From an uncultured Ohtaekwangia sp. (GTDB taxonomy: Bacteria; Bacteroidota; Bacteroidia; Cytophagales; Cyclobacteriaceae): a stretch of DNA of 64,000 nucleotides. This document shows positions 11,089-20,797 of this stretch, piece after piece (within the stretch, counting starts at the first letter, position 1; each line of letters begins with the position of its first letter). The notes beneath the pieces are model-generated. The model worked only from the letters and a program-made list of their open reading frames with translations, did no database searches and was not told the origin of the DNA. The DNA lies in contig CAZRQK010000009.1 of NCBI GenBank assembly GCA_964602295.1, positions 435 to 64,434 of the forward strand, written 5' to 3'. The position numbers and the translations under genes are program-made.

Positions 11089-12404
11089 ATCCTGAATCCC
11101 ACATTTCACGTTTCACGTCTCAAGTTCCGCGTTTCACCACAAGTAACAAACTGTTCGAACGCGCGCAACACCACATTCCCGGTGGGGTGAATTCTCCGGT
11201 GCGTGCATTTAAGAGCGTAGGAGGCACACCTATCTTCATTAAGAAAGCCAAAGGTGCTTATCTTTTTGACGAAGACGGAAATCAATACATCGACTATATC
11301 AATTCATGGGGCCCAATGGTGCTGGGCCATGCGTATGAGCCAGTGGTGGAAGCGATTCGGGAACGCGCAGCAGATTCTACTTCGTTCGGTGCGCCTACGG
11401 AGTTGGAAATTGAGATGGCGGAGCTTATCAAGTCGATGGTGCCGAATGTGGATTTGATTCGAATGGTGAGCAGTGGAACAGAAGCGTGCATGAGTGCCAT
11501 TCGTTTGGCGCGTGGCTACACAGGAAGAAATAAGTTCATCAAGTTTGAAGGATGTTACCATGGCCATGCCGATTCTTTTTTAGTGAAGGCAGGCAGTGGC
11601 GTGGCCACACTCGATATTCAGTCGGTTCCCGGTGTGTCGGCAGCGGTTGCGCAGGATACACTTACGGCTCCTTACAACGATGTGGAAGCCGTGAAGAATT
11701 TAATAGCAGCGCATCCCCAACAAATTGCTGCTATCATCATCGAGCCGGTGGCGGGTAACATGGGATGCATATTGCCTGAACCAGGTTATCTTCAGGCATT
11801 GCGTTCGTTGTGCGATCAGCACGGTATTGTTTTGATTTTCGATGAGGTGATGACAGGCTTTCGCCTGGCGCGCGGTGGTGCACAAGAGTTGTTTAACATC
11901 AAAGCTGATCTGGTAACGTTTGGAAAAATTATTGGTGGCGGATTGCCTGTCGGTGCCTTCGGTGGCAAAAAGGAAATCATGCAACACATTGCTCCACTGG
12001 GCAGTGTATATCAGGCGGGAACGTTGAGCGGCAACCCCATCGCGATGATTGCCGGATTTACATTATTAAAAGAATTAAAGAACGCTCCTTCCATCTATAC
12101 AAAATTGGAGGCGACCACGAAAAAACTGTGCAATGGTATATCAACAGTCTTGACTGAAAAAGGAATTGACCACACCGTGAATCAATTGGGCAGCATGATG
12201 AGTGTCCATTTCGGCAAGCATAAAGTGATTGATTTCGAAACGGCCAAGCAATGCGATATCCCTATGTTCAATCGCTTCTTCCATCATCTGCTGCAACAAG
12301 GTGTTTATCTGCCACCTTCTGCGTACGAAAGCTGGTTCATCAGCAATGCGATTACCGATATAGAAGTGCAGGCAACCATTGAAGCGGTGCGAAAATTTAA
12401 GTGA
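11085..12404 (+). CDS. hemL: Glutamate-1-semialdehyde 2,1-aminomutase
   Basis: [45 protein letters not shown]. Start chosen at 11085; the N-terminal residues derive from a repeat. Confidence 0.96.
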   Translation: MNPESHISRFTSQVPRFTTSNKLFERAQHHIPGGVNSPVRAFKSVGGTPIFIKKAKGAYLFDEDGNQYIDYINSWGPMVLGHAYEPVVEAIRERAADSTSFGAPTELEIEMAELIKSMVPNVDLIRMVSSGTEACMSAIRLARGYTGRNKFIKFEGCYHGHADSFLVKAGSGVATLDIQSVPGVSAAVAQDTLTAPYNDVEAVKNLIAAHPQQIAAIIIEPVAGNMGCILPEPGYLQALRSLCDQHGIVLIFDEVMTGFRLARGGAQELFNIKADLVTFGKIIGGGLPVGAFGGKKEIMQHIAPLGSVYQAGTLSGNPIAMIAGFTLLKELKNAPSIYTKLEATTKKLCNGISTVLTEKGIDHTVNQLGSMMSVHFGKHKVIDFETAKQCDIPMFNRFFHHLLQQGVYLPPSAYESWFISNAITDIEVQATIEAVRKFK

Positions 12405-12405
12405 G

Positions 12406-13767
12406 ATGGAGCACGACATACTCCAGTTGTTGAACAAATACGATAAACCAATACCACGGTACACGAGTTATCCGACCGTGCCCTATTGGGAGCCGGAGTC
12501 GATCACTCCTGAAAAATGGATTGATTCGGTGATGCGTACGTTTGCTTCAGAAACCGGAGCGTTGTGTATTTATATTCACCTGCCCTATTGCGAAAACCTT
12601 TGCACGTTTTGTGCGTGCAACAAACGCATCACAAAAAATCATAAAGTAGAAGATCGATATATCGATGCTGTACTGAAAGAGTGGAGCATGTATCGAACGT
12701 TATTTTCTTCTACTCCCGTTATTCAGGAAATTCATTTGGGTGGTGGTACGCCTACATTTTTTAGTCCGGAAAATCTGAAGCGACTCATTCAAGGTATTTT
12801 GAAAGATGCCACTGTTCCCGAGGATCACGAGTTTAGCGTGGAGGTTCACCCCAACTACACAAGAGAGGATCATCTTACTGCGTTGAATGAAGTTGGTTTC
12901 AATCGGATTAGTTTAGGTGTGCAGGATTTTGATCCAGAGGTGCAGTTCATCATCAACCGCATGCAGTCGTATGAAAAGACCAAAGAGGTTGTTGACTGGG
13001 CCCGCAAGCATCAGTTCAATAGCATTAACATCGACCTGGTGTATGGTTTGCCGAAACAAACCGTTCAGAGTGTGGAGCTCACGGTTGAAAAATTAAAGAC
13101 ACTGCAACCTGATCGGATTGCTTTCTACTCGTATGCCCACGTGCCGTGGAAAAGCAAAGGACAAAGACGCTACACGGAAGCAGATTTGCCTCAGGCTTCC
13201 GAGAAATGGCTAATGTACCACACCGGAAGAAGATTGTTATTGGAACAGGGATTTGCTGCTATTGGCATGGATCACTTTGCCTTGGCGAATGATAAACTTT
13301 TTTTAGCGTCACAGACCGGAACCATGCATCGCAATTTCATGGGGTACACCACTACCAAAAATAAACTGATTATTGGTTTGGGTGCTTCGAGCATCAGTGA
13401 TTCATGGAACGCTTTTGTTCAAAATGAAAAAGAAGTGGAGGCCTACGAAGAAAAGATAGAGAAAGGTGAATGGCCTTTCATGACGGGGCATTTGCTGACG
13501 GACGAAGACTTGATGCTGCGGCAGCATATTCTAAACCTGATGTGTAAGGGGCAAACAACGCTGGAAGGACAATTGGATGATACATTTGTGCAACAATCGA
13601 TCGAAAAATTAAAACAATTAGAGGGGGATGGGTTGTTAACGTTGGATAACCGCACCATCCGGGTAAACAGGAAAGGCCAGATGTTCATCCGCAACATCAG
13701 CGCTACCCTCGATGCCCGCATGTGGCGAAAGAGTAATAACGAGAAACTATTCAGCAAAGCAATTTAA
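12406..13767 (+). CDS. hemN: Oxygen-independent coproporphyrinogen III oxidase (radical SAM)
   Basis: PRYTSYPT, CENLCTFCAC (CxxxCxxC), GGGTPT, IGMDHFA, HRNFMGY. ATG at 12406. Confidence 0.96.
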   Translation: MEHDILQLLNKYDKPIPRYTSYPTVPYWEPESITPEKWIDSVMRTFASETGALCIYIHLPYCENLCTFCACNKRITKNHKVEDRYIDAVLKEWSMYRTLFSSTPVIQEIHLGGGTPTFFSPENLKRLIQGILKDATVPEDHEFSVEVHPNYTREDHLTALNEVGFNRISLGVQDFDPEVQFIINRMQSYEKTKEVVDWARKHQFNSINIDLVYGLPKQTVQSVELTVEKLKTLQPDRIAFYSYAHVPWKSKGQRRYTEADLPQASEKWLMYHTGRRLLLEQGFAAIGMDHFALANDKLFLASQTGTMHRNFMGYTTTKNKLIIGLGASSISDSWNAFVQNEKEVEAYEEKIEKGEWPFMTGHLLTDEDLMLRQHILNLMCKGQTTLEGQLDDTFVQQSIEKLKQLEGDGLLTLDNRTIRVNRKGQMFIRNISATLDARMWRKSNNEKLFSKAI

Positions 13768-13770
13768 AGC

Positions 13771-14805
13771 ATGGCAACGCAGGCAGTACTTCTGGCAAAT
13801 TTAGGATCGCCCGATTCGTATCAGGTAAAAGATGTTCGCACGTATTTGTCGGAATTTCTGATGGATGAACGCGTAATTGATATTCCTTACTTCGCGCGAT
13901 TGCTTTTGGTGCGGGGTATCATTGTACCATTTCGTTCGCCTAAAAGTGCAGCCAAATACAAAACCATTTGGACCGAGAATGGCTCACCGTTAATCCACAT
14001 TTCGCGACAAGTACAGCAGAAAGTAAAGGAAGCTATTCAACTTCCTGTGGAGTTGTGCATGCGTTATGCCAATCCTACGCCTGCCTTTGCATTGGATAAT
14101 TTGAAAAGAGAAAATCCTGATCTGAAGGAAGTTGTTTTAGTGCCGCTCTACCCGCATTATGCCATGAGCAGTTACGAAACAGCGGTAGAGCATGTAAAGC
14201 AGACGTATCAAAAAGGAAATTATCCGTTTGAGTTGAAGGTGGTGCCACCTTTTTACAATCATCCGAAGTACATTGATTCACTGGTTAACAGCATCAAGCC
14301 ACATTTGAATAAAGATTTCGATCATTTGCTGTTTAGCTACCACGGTATTCCTAAACGCCACGTGCTAAAAACAGACTGTACGAAGTCGCATTGCTTCTCG
14401 AGCGAGCATTGCTGCTCCATCGCGTCAAAGGCGCATGAGGTATGTTATCGTCATCAGGTTATTGAAACAACTAACCTTGTGGCTGATAAATTGGGACTTC
14501 CCAACGAGAAATTCAGTTTTTCGTTTCAATCGCGGTTAGGTGCTGATGCGTGGTTGCAACCGTACTCGGCCGAGCAGTTTAAAAAATTCCCACAACAAGG
14601 GATTAAGAAGTTGATCGTTGTGTGTCCGGCTTTTGTAAGCGATTGCTTAGAGACGTTGGAGGAAATTCAGGAAGAAGGACACGAAGACTTTATGAAGGCA
14701 GGAGGGGAGGAGTATTCGGTTATTCCCTGTTTAAACGATCGCAGAGATTGGATTGAGACGATAAAGCATTTGGTGGAAGTACAGTTTGAGAAGCGTGAAA
14801 AGTGA
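13771..14805 (+). CDS. hemH: Ferrochelatase with Cys-rich insert
   Basis: NLGSP, LFSYHGIP, FQSRLG..WLQP, PAFVSDCLETLEEI. Confidence 0.96.
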   Translation: MATQAVLLANLGSPDSYQVKDVRTYLSEFLMDERVIDIPYFARLLLVRGIIVPFRSPKSAAKYKTIWTENGSPLIHISRQVQQKVKEAIQLPVELCMRYANPTPAFALDNLKRENPDLKEVVLVPLYPHYAMSSYETAVEHVKQTYQKGNYPFELKVVPPFYNHPKYIDSLVNSIKPHLNKDFDHLLFSYHGIPKRHVLKTDCTKSHCFSSEHCCSIASKAHEVCYRHQVIETTNLVADKLGLPNEKFSFSFQSRLGADAWLQPYSAEQFKKFPQQGIKKLIVVCPAFVSDCLETLEEIQEEGHEDFMKAGGEEYSVIPCLNDRRDWIETIKHLVEVQFEKREK

Positions 14806-14887
14806 AATGGAAGACGTGAAACGTGGGAATTAGTAATTCATGTATGCTGTTTCACATTTCGCGATTAACGAAGTGACTAATTCAGGT

Positions 14888-15406
14888 ATGTTCCTTTATA
14901 TCAAAGCGCTGCACATCATCTTCGTGGTTACCTGGTTTGCCGGGTTGTTTTATATCGTTCGCTTATTTATCTACAATCGGGAAGCACAAGACAGGCCAGA
15001 TGCCGAACGCGTTATCCTTCAGCAGCAGTTTGGAATCATGATCAAACGCCTGTGGTTCGGTATTACCTGGCCCTCGGCCATCTTAACGCCCCTGTTCGGT
15101 ACATGGCTTCTTTCTTACTACGATAGCATCCCTGGCTGGCTTTGGATAAAACTAGGATTCCTGGTAGGACTCTTTGCCTACCATTTTTCTATTCAGGTTA
15201 TTTACCGGCAGCAGAGCCATGGCGTTTTTAAGTATGGTAGCCAACAGCTGCGCGTTTGGAATGAAGTGGCAACGCTCTTTCTGTTTGCCATTGTTTTTCT
15301 GGTGGTGGTGCGGTCGGCCATGAGCCTGATTTGGGGAGTAGGCGGCCTACTTATTTTGGCCGCAGCCTTGATGCTGGCCATTCGGTTGTACAGGCGCATG
15401 CGTTAG
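14888..15406 (+). CDS. hemJ: Protoporphyrinogen oxidase HemJ (CopD family)
   Basis: KALHIIFVVTWFAGLFY..RLF and LRVWNEVAT motifs; last gene of the heme operon. Confidence 0.92.
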   Translation: MFLYIKALHIIFVVTWFAGLFYIVRLFIYNREAQDRPDAERVILQQQFGIMIKRLWFGITWPSAILTPLFGTWLLSYYDSIPGWLWIKLGFLVGLFAYHFSIQVIYRQQSHGVFKYGSQQLRVWNEVATLFLFAIVFLVVVRSAMSLIWGVGGLLILAAALMLAIRLYRRMR

Positions 15407-15410
15407 AATG

Positions 15411-16304
15411 CTAGATTTTACGCGCCAAAGTCATCAGGTATTTCTTGGGTGTTAATCCAAATTTTTTGCGATAGGCGGCAATGAAGTGCGAAGGGTTGGT
15501 GTAGCCAATCTGATAGGCCACTTCATTTACCTGAAACTTTCCAGTGTCGAGCAGTACGCGAGCGTGATCTAATTTGTGGTCGAGCAGGTAGCCATATACG
15601 GTATTGCCATAGATTTCTTTGAAGCCCACCTTGAGTTGGTATTCGTTTAATCCAGCCCACTTGGCCAGTTCTTTCAGGCTGGGCGGTGCTTCCATATTTT
15701 TCAGCAGGTGCTCTTTGGCGTGTTTGATTTTCCTTACGGTTTCTTCATCGTTCAAAAAGGGGCAACTCTCCGTGTTAGGTGTGCGCGTGGAAAAGTAGAG
15801 ACTTAGTATTTCGAAGGCTTTGCCGTGGTAATACAACTGCATGGCATTTTCTGATACCTGCACCTGGAATAACTGGTATAACACTACCTGCAATGGGGCG
15901 GGTATCTCGCGTTCATCGTAGAATTTCCGACCTACATTTTCGGGCTTCAGAAATGGAATCGATTCGTGTACAAACAGGTGGTGCAGATTTTCCAACGAAA
16001 TGGTGAGAATCACCATTTTAGCACCCGGCTGAAGATTCAATTGAAAGGGGGTATCTTTTTCGGGATTATAGAAAAAGTAGTTTTTCGATTTTTCAATCTC
16101 GCGGCTATAGTGAGGACCGAATGCAAATACTGCTTTGCCATCTAGACAGAAGTAAAAATGAATGATGTGCTGGCGTACTAGCGTGGGTACAGAAAGCATT
16201 TCCTGTTCCTCATTTTCTACCGTTAACAATTCCAGTTCTCCCTGCTTAAACCTGGACTTCATTGTCTGCCTGGAGGTATTTTCGATTTGTTCTGCTTCTC
16301 TCAT
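15411..16304 (-). CDS. AraC-family transcriptional regulator, heme-operon associated
   Basis: C-terminal LKVGFKEIYGNTV...VNEVAYQIGYTNPSHF double HTH; ESCPFL linker. Confidence 0.9.
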   Translation of the reverse strand: MREAEQIENTSRQTMKSRFKQGELELLTVENEEQEMLSVPTLVRQHIIHFYFCLDGKAVFAFGPHYSREIEKSKNYFFYNPEKDTPFQLNLQPGAKMVILTISLENLHHLFVHESIPFLKPENVGRKFYDEREIPAPLQVVLYQLFQVQVSENAMQLYYHGKAFEILSLYFSTRTPNTESCPFLNDEETVRKIKHAKEHLLKNMEAPPSLKELAKWAGLNEYQLKVGFKEIYGNTVYGYLLDHKLDHARVLLDTGKFQVNEVAYQIGYTNPSHFIAAYRKKFGLTPKKYLMTLARKI

Positions 16305-16608
16305 TGCTTGTTAGCTTAGTAAAAGTAACAGTAAGCAACCTTTGAATAGAGGTTATTTTGGCCAACTTTCTGTAAAAATACCTGAATTTTACTTTTGATT
16401 GGCAATTTCTACACCAGGGGCATTATTTCTACCTATGCGGGCATTTTTTATTTGGAGTGATTCTAAACATTGCAATCGTACAAATGCTGGGTGCACAAAA
16501 GAAAGGAGGGAGAGGGTATTTGTTATGAATCTTGAAAATGAATTGTTTGGGACGAGATGGTTCCGGATGAACGAATTTGGGTCTTTTATATTTACGTTTT
16601 TATGAAGC

Positions 16609-16929
16609 ATGGAAAATCAAGTTAAGAGGTTACGATGGATTGCGCTGACCGAGGGCGTTTCTTTTATGGTGTTGCTGCTCGTAGCCATGCCGTTGAAGTA
16701 CTATGCCGGCTGGCCGCTGGCAGTTACGTACGTGGGCTGGGTGCATGGCGTTCTCTTCATGGCTTACGTGGCCATGGTTTTTTTAGCGATGGAGGCGATG
16801 AAGTGGAATTTTTTTTCGCTAGTGCTTGCATTGGCAGCATCGGTGGTGCCGTTGGGGCCTTTCTTTTTAGATAAATCCATCGTTAAAAGACTGAATGAGT
16901 TGGAAAGTGAGAAAGGCAAAATGGAGTAA
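16609..16929 (+). CDS. DUF3817 membrane protein
   Basis: EGVSF.LLL.VAMPLKY, GWVHGVLF..Y, ASVVPLGPF. Confidence 0.85.
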   Translation: MENQVKRLRWIALTEGVSFMVLLLVAMPLKYYAGWPLAVTYVGWVHGVLFMAYVAMVFLAMEAMKWNFFSLVLALAASVVPLGPFFLDKSIVKRLNELESEKGKME

Positions 16930-16974
16930 ATCAATGATCAATTAGTTTCTGTAATGAATGCCGTGGCTGTACAT

Positions 16975-17064
16975 CGGCCAGGGATAGCAGTGGAAAGCCC
17001 GAAGTGCGTGGCAGGTGCGCGGCCGGACTTGCAACGGATAGCCCGGTGGCGCTTCGCCAGGCCG
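16975..17064. repeat. GC-rich structured intergenic element (GGGATAGCAGTGGAAAGCCC...GACTTGCAACGGATAGCCCG)
   Basis: Nested complementarity: CGGCC/GGCCG at the ends and a TGGCG-CTT-CGCCA hairpin. Lies between convergent genes. Confidence 0.45.
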
Positions 17065-17090
17065 CAAAAATAACCGCTTGATAGTTTTAC

Positions 17091-17573
17091 TTATTTGATT
17101 GAGTGCAGACCCAGTTTGTTTCCTTCTGTATCAGTAAATAGGGCGAAGTAGCCCATTTCGGGACTGATCTCAGTTTTAGGTACGATGATTTTGCCTCCAT
17201 TGGCTTCTATTTTGTCTAACACGGCTTGCAAGTTTTCTCCACCGTTTAGGTATAGCAAACAGCCGCTACTTGTTGGGGAATAGTCGGGGCCCTGCGCCAA
17301 CACAACGTTCACGGCTACGTCTTCGGCCGGGAATACACCCATTTGCACACCGCCCATTTCGGCTTCTTCTATTTTAACCTGCAAAATGGCGCTGTAAAAT
17401 TGTATGGCTCTTGTTAAATCGGTAACCGGAATTTCGATGATGGAGACAAAGTTTTTCATGGATGTTGGTGTTGTTATGGTAGTGAGGTTGGGTTCTGCAG
17501 TTTGATTGGGCTGGGTGCAGTTTAATAACATGGTGGCTGCAAAGACGAATACAGTAAGTAACAATGCCTTCAT
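17091..17573 (-). CDS. VOC / glyoxalase family protein
   Basis: IEIPVTDLTRAIQFY and GYFALFTDTEGNKLGLHS; N-terminal lipoprotein-like extension. Confidence 0.88.
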   Translation of the reverse strand: MKALLLTVFVFAATMLLNCTQPNQTAEPNLTTITTPTSMKNFVSIIEIPVTDLTRAIQFYSAILQVKIEEAEMGGVQMGVFPAEDVAVNVVLAQGPDYSPTSSGCLLYLNGGENLQAVLDKIEANGGKIIVPKTEISPEMGYFALFTDTEGNKLGLHSIK

Positions 17574-17640
17574 AGATTTTTATTGTTGATAACACGAAGT
17601 AAACACCTAAGCCATATCTGTAATTGTACAAATGCGACAC

Positions 17641-18462
17641 CTAGCCTTTTTTGTAAATGATGGAGGAGAGGGCCAGATTTTCATCGCCCAAAAAATCGGA
17701 GGGAGTGGTGCCGGTAAACTCTTTGAAATCCCGGATGAAATGAGCCTGGTCGTAATAGGCGCTGTCGTAAGCAATTTGGGTATAGTTTTCTGAAGTTTGA
17801 TGAAGCATCATTTTTAAGGCGGCCTGCAGCCTGAGAACCTTGCCCAACTGCTTGGGACTTAAGCCAACTTGCCTGGCAAACTGCCGTTCCAGTTGCCTCC
17901 GTTTTGAGTCGTTGTGGTTAAAGAGGCTTTTAATAGAGTGGTTGCCACTGGCTGACATCAATGCTTCGATGGTGGACTTTACAATTTTATTTGACGTAGA
18001 TTCGCTGCGAAGCGTATCCAGCAGAAAATTTTCGCAAACTTCGATTCGTTCTTGGGTGTCCTTCGCCTGAATTATTTTTTGTTCCAGTTTATTGGATGCT
18101 TCATTGCCAAAAAGGAGGGCGAGGGGTGTTTCTTTGTCGGACAAATCTTTCAGTGGCGTTGTTACGAAGTTCGAAAACCCGTAGGGATAAAACCGAATGG
18201 CAAAGGTGTTAACCCGGCCCACCGGTTGAATGTACATGGCTTCCGTAATTTGACCGATAACCATGGCCCGTGGCTGCAGAACAAAGTTCGTCTCCGAGGT
18301 GTAACGTTTGATATCGTCTGCCAATAAAAATGCCATCTCGATACAGCCATCGGGAATGATGCGTTGCCGTGGTGCGTCTACGGCTGCAGGCACTTCCAAC
18401 GTCCAGTAGCACTTTACCAGCGCTTCAAGGTCAGGGTGAGGTGGGTAGGTTTGGTAGTTCAT
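17641..18462 (-). CDS. AraC-family regulator (DUF6597-type N-terminal domain)
   Basis: VKCYW, IIPDGCIE, RQLERQF...GLSPK, YYDQAHFIRDFKEFTG. Confidence 0.9.
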   Translation of the reverse strand: MNYQTYPPHPDLEALVKCYWTLEVPAAVDAPRQRIIPDGCIEMAFLLADDIKRYTSETNFVLQPRAMVIGQITEAMYIQPVGRVNTFAIRFYPYGFSNFVTTPLKDLSDKETPLALLFGNEASNKLEQKIIQAKDTQERIEVCENFLLDTLRSESTSNKIVKSTIEALMSASGNHSIKSLFNHNDSKRRQLERQFARQVGLSPKQLGKVLRLQAALKMMLHQTSENYTQIAYDSAYYDQAHFIRDFKEFTGTTPSDFLGDENLALSSIIYKKG

Positions 18463-18604
18463 GATTTCAGTATGGCCAGCCTTTTTTAACGGTGGTTGCA
18501 GGGACTTTGTGGGTGCTTAAGGTATGCGAATGTACAACGTGTGGAAATCAATTGCCAGGATGCCAGCCTTACACTACATTAGTCATGATAAATATACTTC
18601 AATA

Positions 18605-19564
18605 ATGGTATCGCGCAGAACCTTTCTCTATAAATCGCTCTTATCTTCCGTGGCACTCGGCTTTCCTTTGGTTCCCCGGGGGAGTTTTGCGACTGCAAAG
18701 ACAAGCACCTCTGCAACTGATTTTCCGATCAACATCTTCTCTAAAAACTTGCAGTGGCTAGATTATAACGGAATGGCTTTGGCTGCGGCCGAAATGGGTT
18801 TTGATGGTGTAGATATTACGGTACGGCCGGGTGGGCACGTGGAGCCGGCAAGGGTAGAGGCAGATCTGCCCAAAGCAGTTGAAGCTGTGCGAAAGGTTGG
18901 CCTTGACGTGTTTATGATTACCACTGCCATACAAAGTGCAGATGAACCTCACACCGAGGCGATTTTGAAAACAGCAAGTGCGCTGGGTATTCGTTTTTAC
19001 CGCATGGGATGGATCAATTACAATGGTCAGCAATCCATGGAGGAAAACCTGAAGCAGATTGCGGGGCAGATGAAAACGCTGGCTGATATGAATAGGCAGT
19101 ATGGCATCCATGGAGGTTATCAAAATCACCAGGGCGTCAATTTTGGATCTTCCGTTTGGGATTTGTGGATGGTGCTGAAAGAACTCGACCCGCAATGGAT
19201 AGGTTCGCAATACGATGTGCTGCACGCGACTGTTGAAGGAGCAAACTCATGGATACTCGATTTGCGATTATTGCATTCTTATGTGCGCACCATCGACATC
19301 AAAGATTTTCGATGGGAGAAAACCGACAAAGGCTGGAAGGCGCAAGTGGTGCCGTTAGGTGAAGGTATGGTAGACTATGGTAAGTTTCTAAAGCAAGTGA
19401 GGGAATATAATATTAAGGGGCCGCTTTCCATCCACTATGAATATGCACTGGGCGGAGCGGAAAACGGAGCCACGGAAATAACCTTACCCCGCGATCAGGT
19501 GCTGGCGGCAATGAGGAAAGACCGGCAAACACTTACCAACTGGCTCAAGCAGGCCGGCCTCTGA
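18605..19564 (+). CDS. Sugar phosphate isomerase/epimerase (xylose-isomerase-like TIM barrel), Tat-exported
   Basis: SRRTFL twin-arginine motif, FSKNLQW, GFDGVDITVRPGGHV, KDF, LGEGMVD, HYEY. Confidence 0.85.
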   Translation: MVSRRTFLYKSLLSSVALGFPLVPRGSFATAKTSTSATDFPINIFSKNLQWLDYNGMALAAAEMGFDGVDITVRPGGHVEPARVEADLPKAVEAVRKVGLDVFMITTAIQSADEPHTEAILKTASALGIRFYRMGWINYNGQQSMEENLKQIAGQMKTLADMNRQYGIHGGYQNHQGVNFGSSVWDLWMVLKELDPQWIGSQYDVLHATVEGANSWILDLRLLHSYVRTIDIKDFRWEKTDKGWKAQVVPLGEGMVDYGKFLKQVREYNIKGPLSIHYEYALGGAENGATEITLPRDQVLAAMRKDRQTLTNWLKQAGL

Positions 19565-19653
19565 CAGCGCTAATAGATTCAGAGCAGCCGCAGGCCGGTG
19601 TTGTTGAGAATTGACCTTCTTTATTTTATCTTTCAACAACCAAACCAAAACCG

Positions 19654-20766
19654 ATGAGCCTTTCACAAAACAGGTACCTCTCTCTCGATGTTTTCAGGGG
19701 AATGGATGTGGCACTGATGATAGTAGTGAATTCCCTGGGAAGTTCGAACACGTACGCACCCTTGCTACACGCCCAGTGGGATGGTTTTACCCTTACCGAC
19801 CTGGTGTTTCCTACCTTTTTGTTTGTGGTAGGTAATTCTATGAGTTTCAGCATGGCTAAGTACGAATCGATGGGCGATGCTGCCGTGTGGAAAAAAGTAT
19901 TGAAACGCACGGCAATCATATTTTTGCTCGGATACCTGGGGTATTGGTTCCCATTTGTGGGAGTAAATGAAGCCGGGGAATGGTTTTTGAAACCCGTCAG
20001 CGAGACCCGGATTTTTGGTGTGTTGCAACGTATTGCCTTGTGTTACATGTTTGCTTCGTTCATCATGCACTACTTTAAAGTGAAAGGTGCTTTGTTGTTT
20101 AGTGTGTTTGCATTAATAGCTTACCGCCTCCTACTCGGTTTGTTTGGCGACCTTACGCTGGAAGGAAATGTGGGCAATAAGATCGACTTGTGGTTGGTAG
20201 GCGAAAGCCACCTCTATCATGGTGAGGGCGTACCTTTCGATCCCGAAGGTTTGCTCAGCACGCTGCCAGCCATTGTGAATGTAATTGCCGGTTATGTGGC
20301 CGGTGTTTTCTTGCAGCGTAGCGGGCAAACGTACGAAACGTTGGCTAAGCTGTTAATGGCCGGAGCGCTTCTGGTGGTGTTGGGCATTTGGTGGGACCTA
20401 CTGTTCCCTATCAACAAAAAGCTCTGGACCAGCTCTTACGTATTGCTAACTGTGGGCATCGACCTGGTGGTGTTGGCGTTCCTGGTGTTTATTGTAGATA
20501 TGGCCAAACGAACAAGGTGGACTTACTTCTTCGAAGTGTTCGGTCGCAACACGCTTTTTATTTACCTGCTATCAGAAATTTTTGTGGTGCTGATGTGGAC
20601 GTTCAGCGTGGGTGATTCCTCACTTTACGGCTGGATCTATCAAACTTTTTTTCAATCGTGGGCAGGAGACTACAATGGGTCGGTACTGTTTGCGCTTTGG
20701 GTAATGCTTACCTGCTGGGTGGTGGGGTACGTTTTGGATAGGCGCAAAATTTACGTGAAGGTATAG
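19654..20766 (+). CDS. HGSNAT/NagX-like membrane acyltransferase
   Basis: SLDVFRG, HAQWDGFTLTDLVFP, GVLQRIA, FDPEGLLST, PINKKLWTSSY. Confidence 0.9.
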   Translation: MSLSQNRYLSLDVFRGMDVALMIVVNSLGSSNTYAPLLHAQWDGFTLTDLVFPTFLFVVGNSMSFSMAKYESMGDAAVWKKVLKRTAIIFLLGYLGYWFPFVGVNEAGEWFLKPVSETRIFGVLQRIALCYMFASFIMHYFKVKGALLFSVFALIAYRLLLGLFGDLTLEGNVGNKIDLWLVGESHLYHGEGVPFDPEGLLSTLPAIVNVIAGYVAGVFLQRSGQTYETLAKLLMAGALLVVLGIWWDLLFPINKKLWTSSYVLLTVGIDLVVLAFLVFIVDMAKRTRWTYFFEVFGRNTLFIYLLSEIFVVLMWTFSVGDSSLYGWIYQTFFQSWAGDYNGSVLFALWVMLTCWVVGYVLDRRKIYVKV

Positions 20767-20797
20767 CTGGTCGGTTTGGCAAAACGCCATCTTGTTA

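Noticed and set aside
16389..16610. Short ORFs between the AraC and DUF3817 genes
   Set aside because: AT-rich divergent promoter region with no coding signature.
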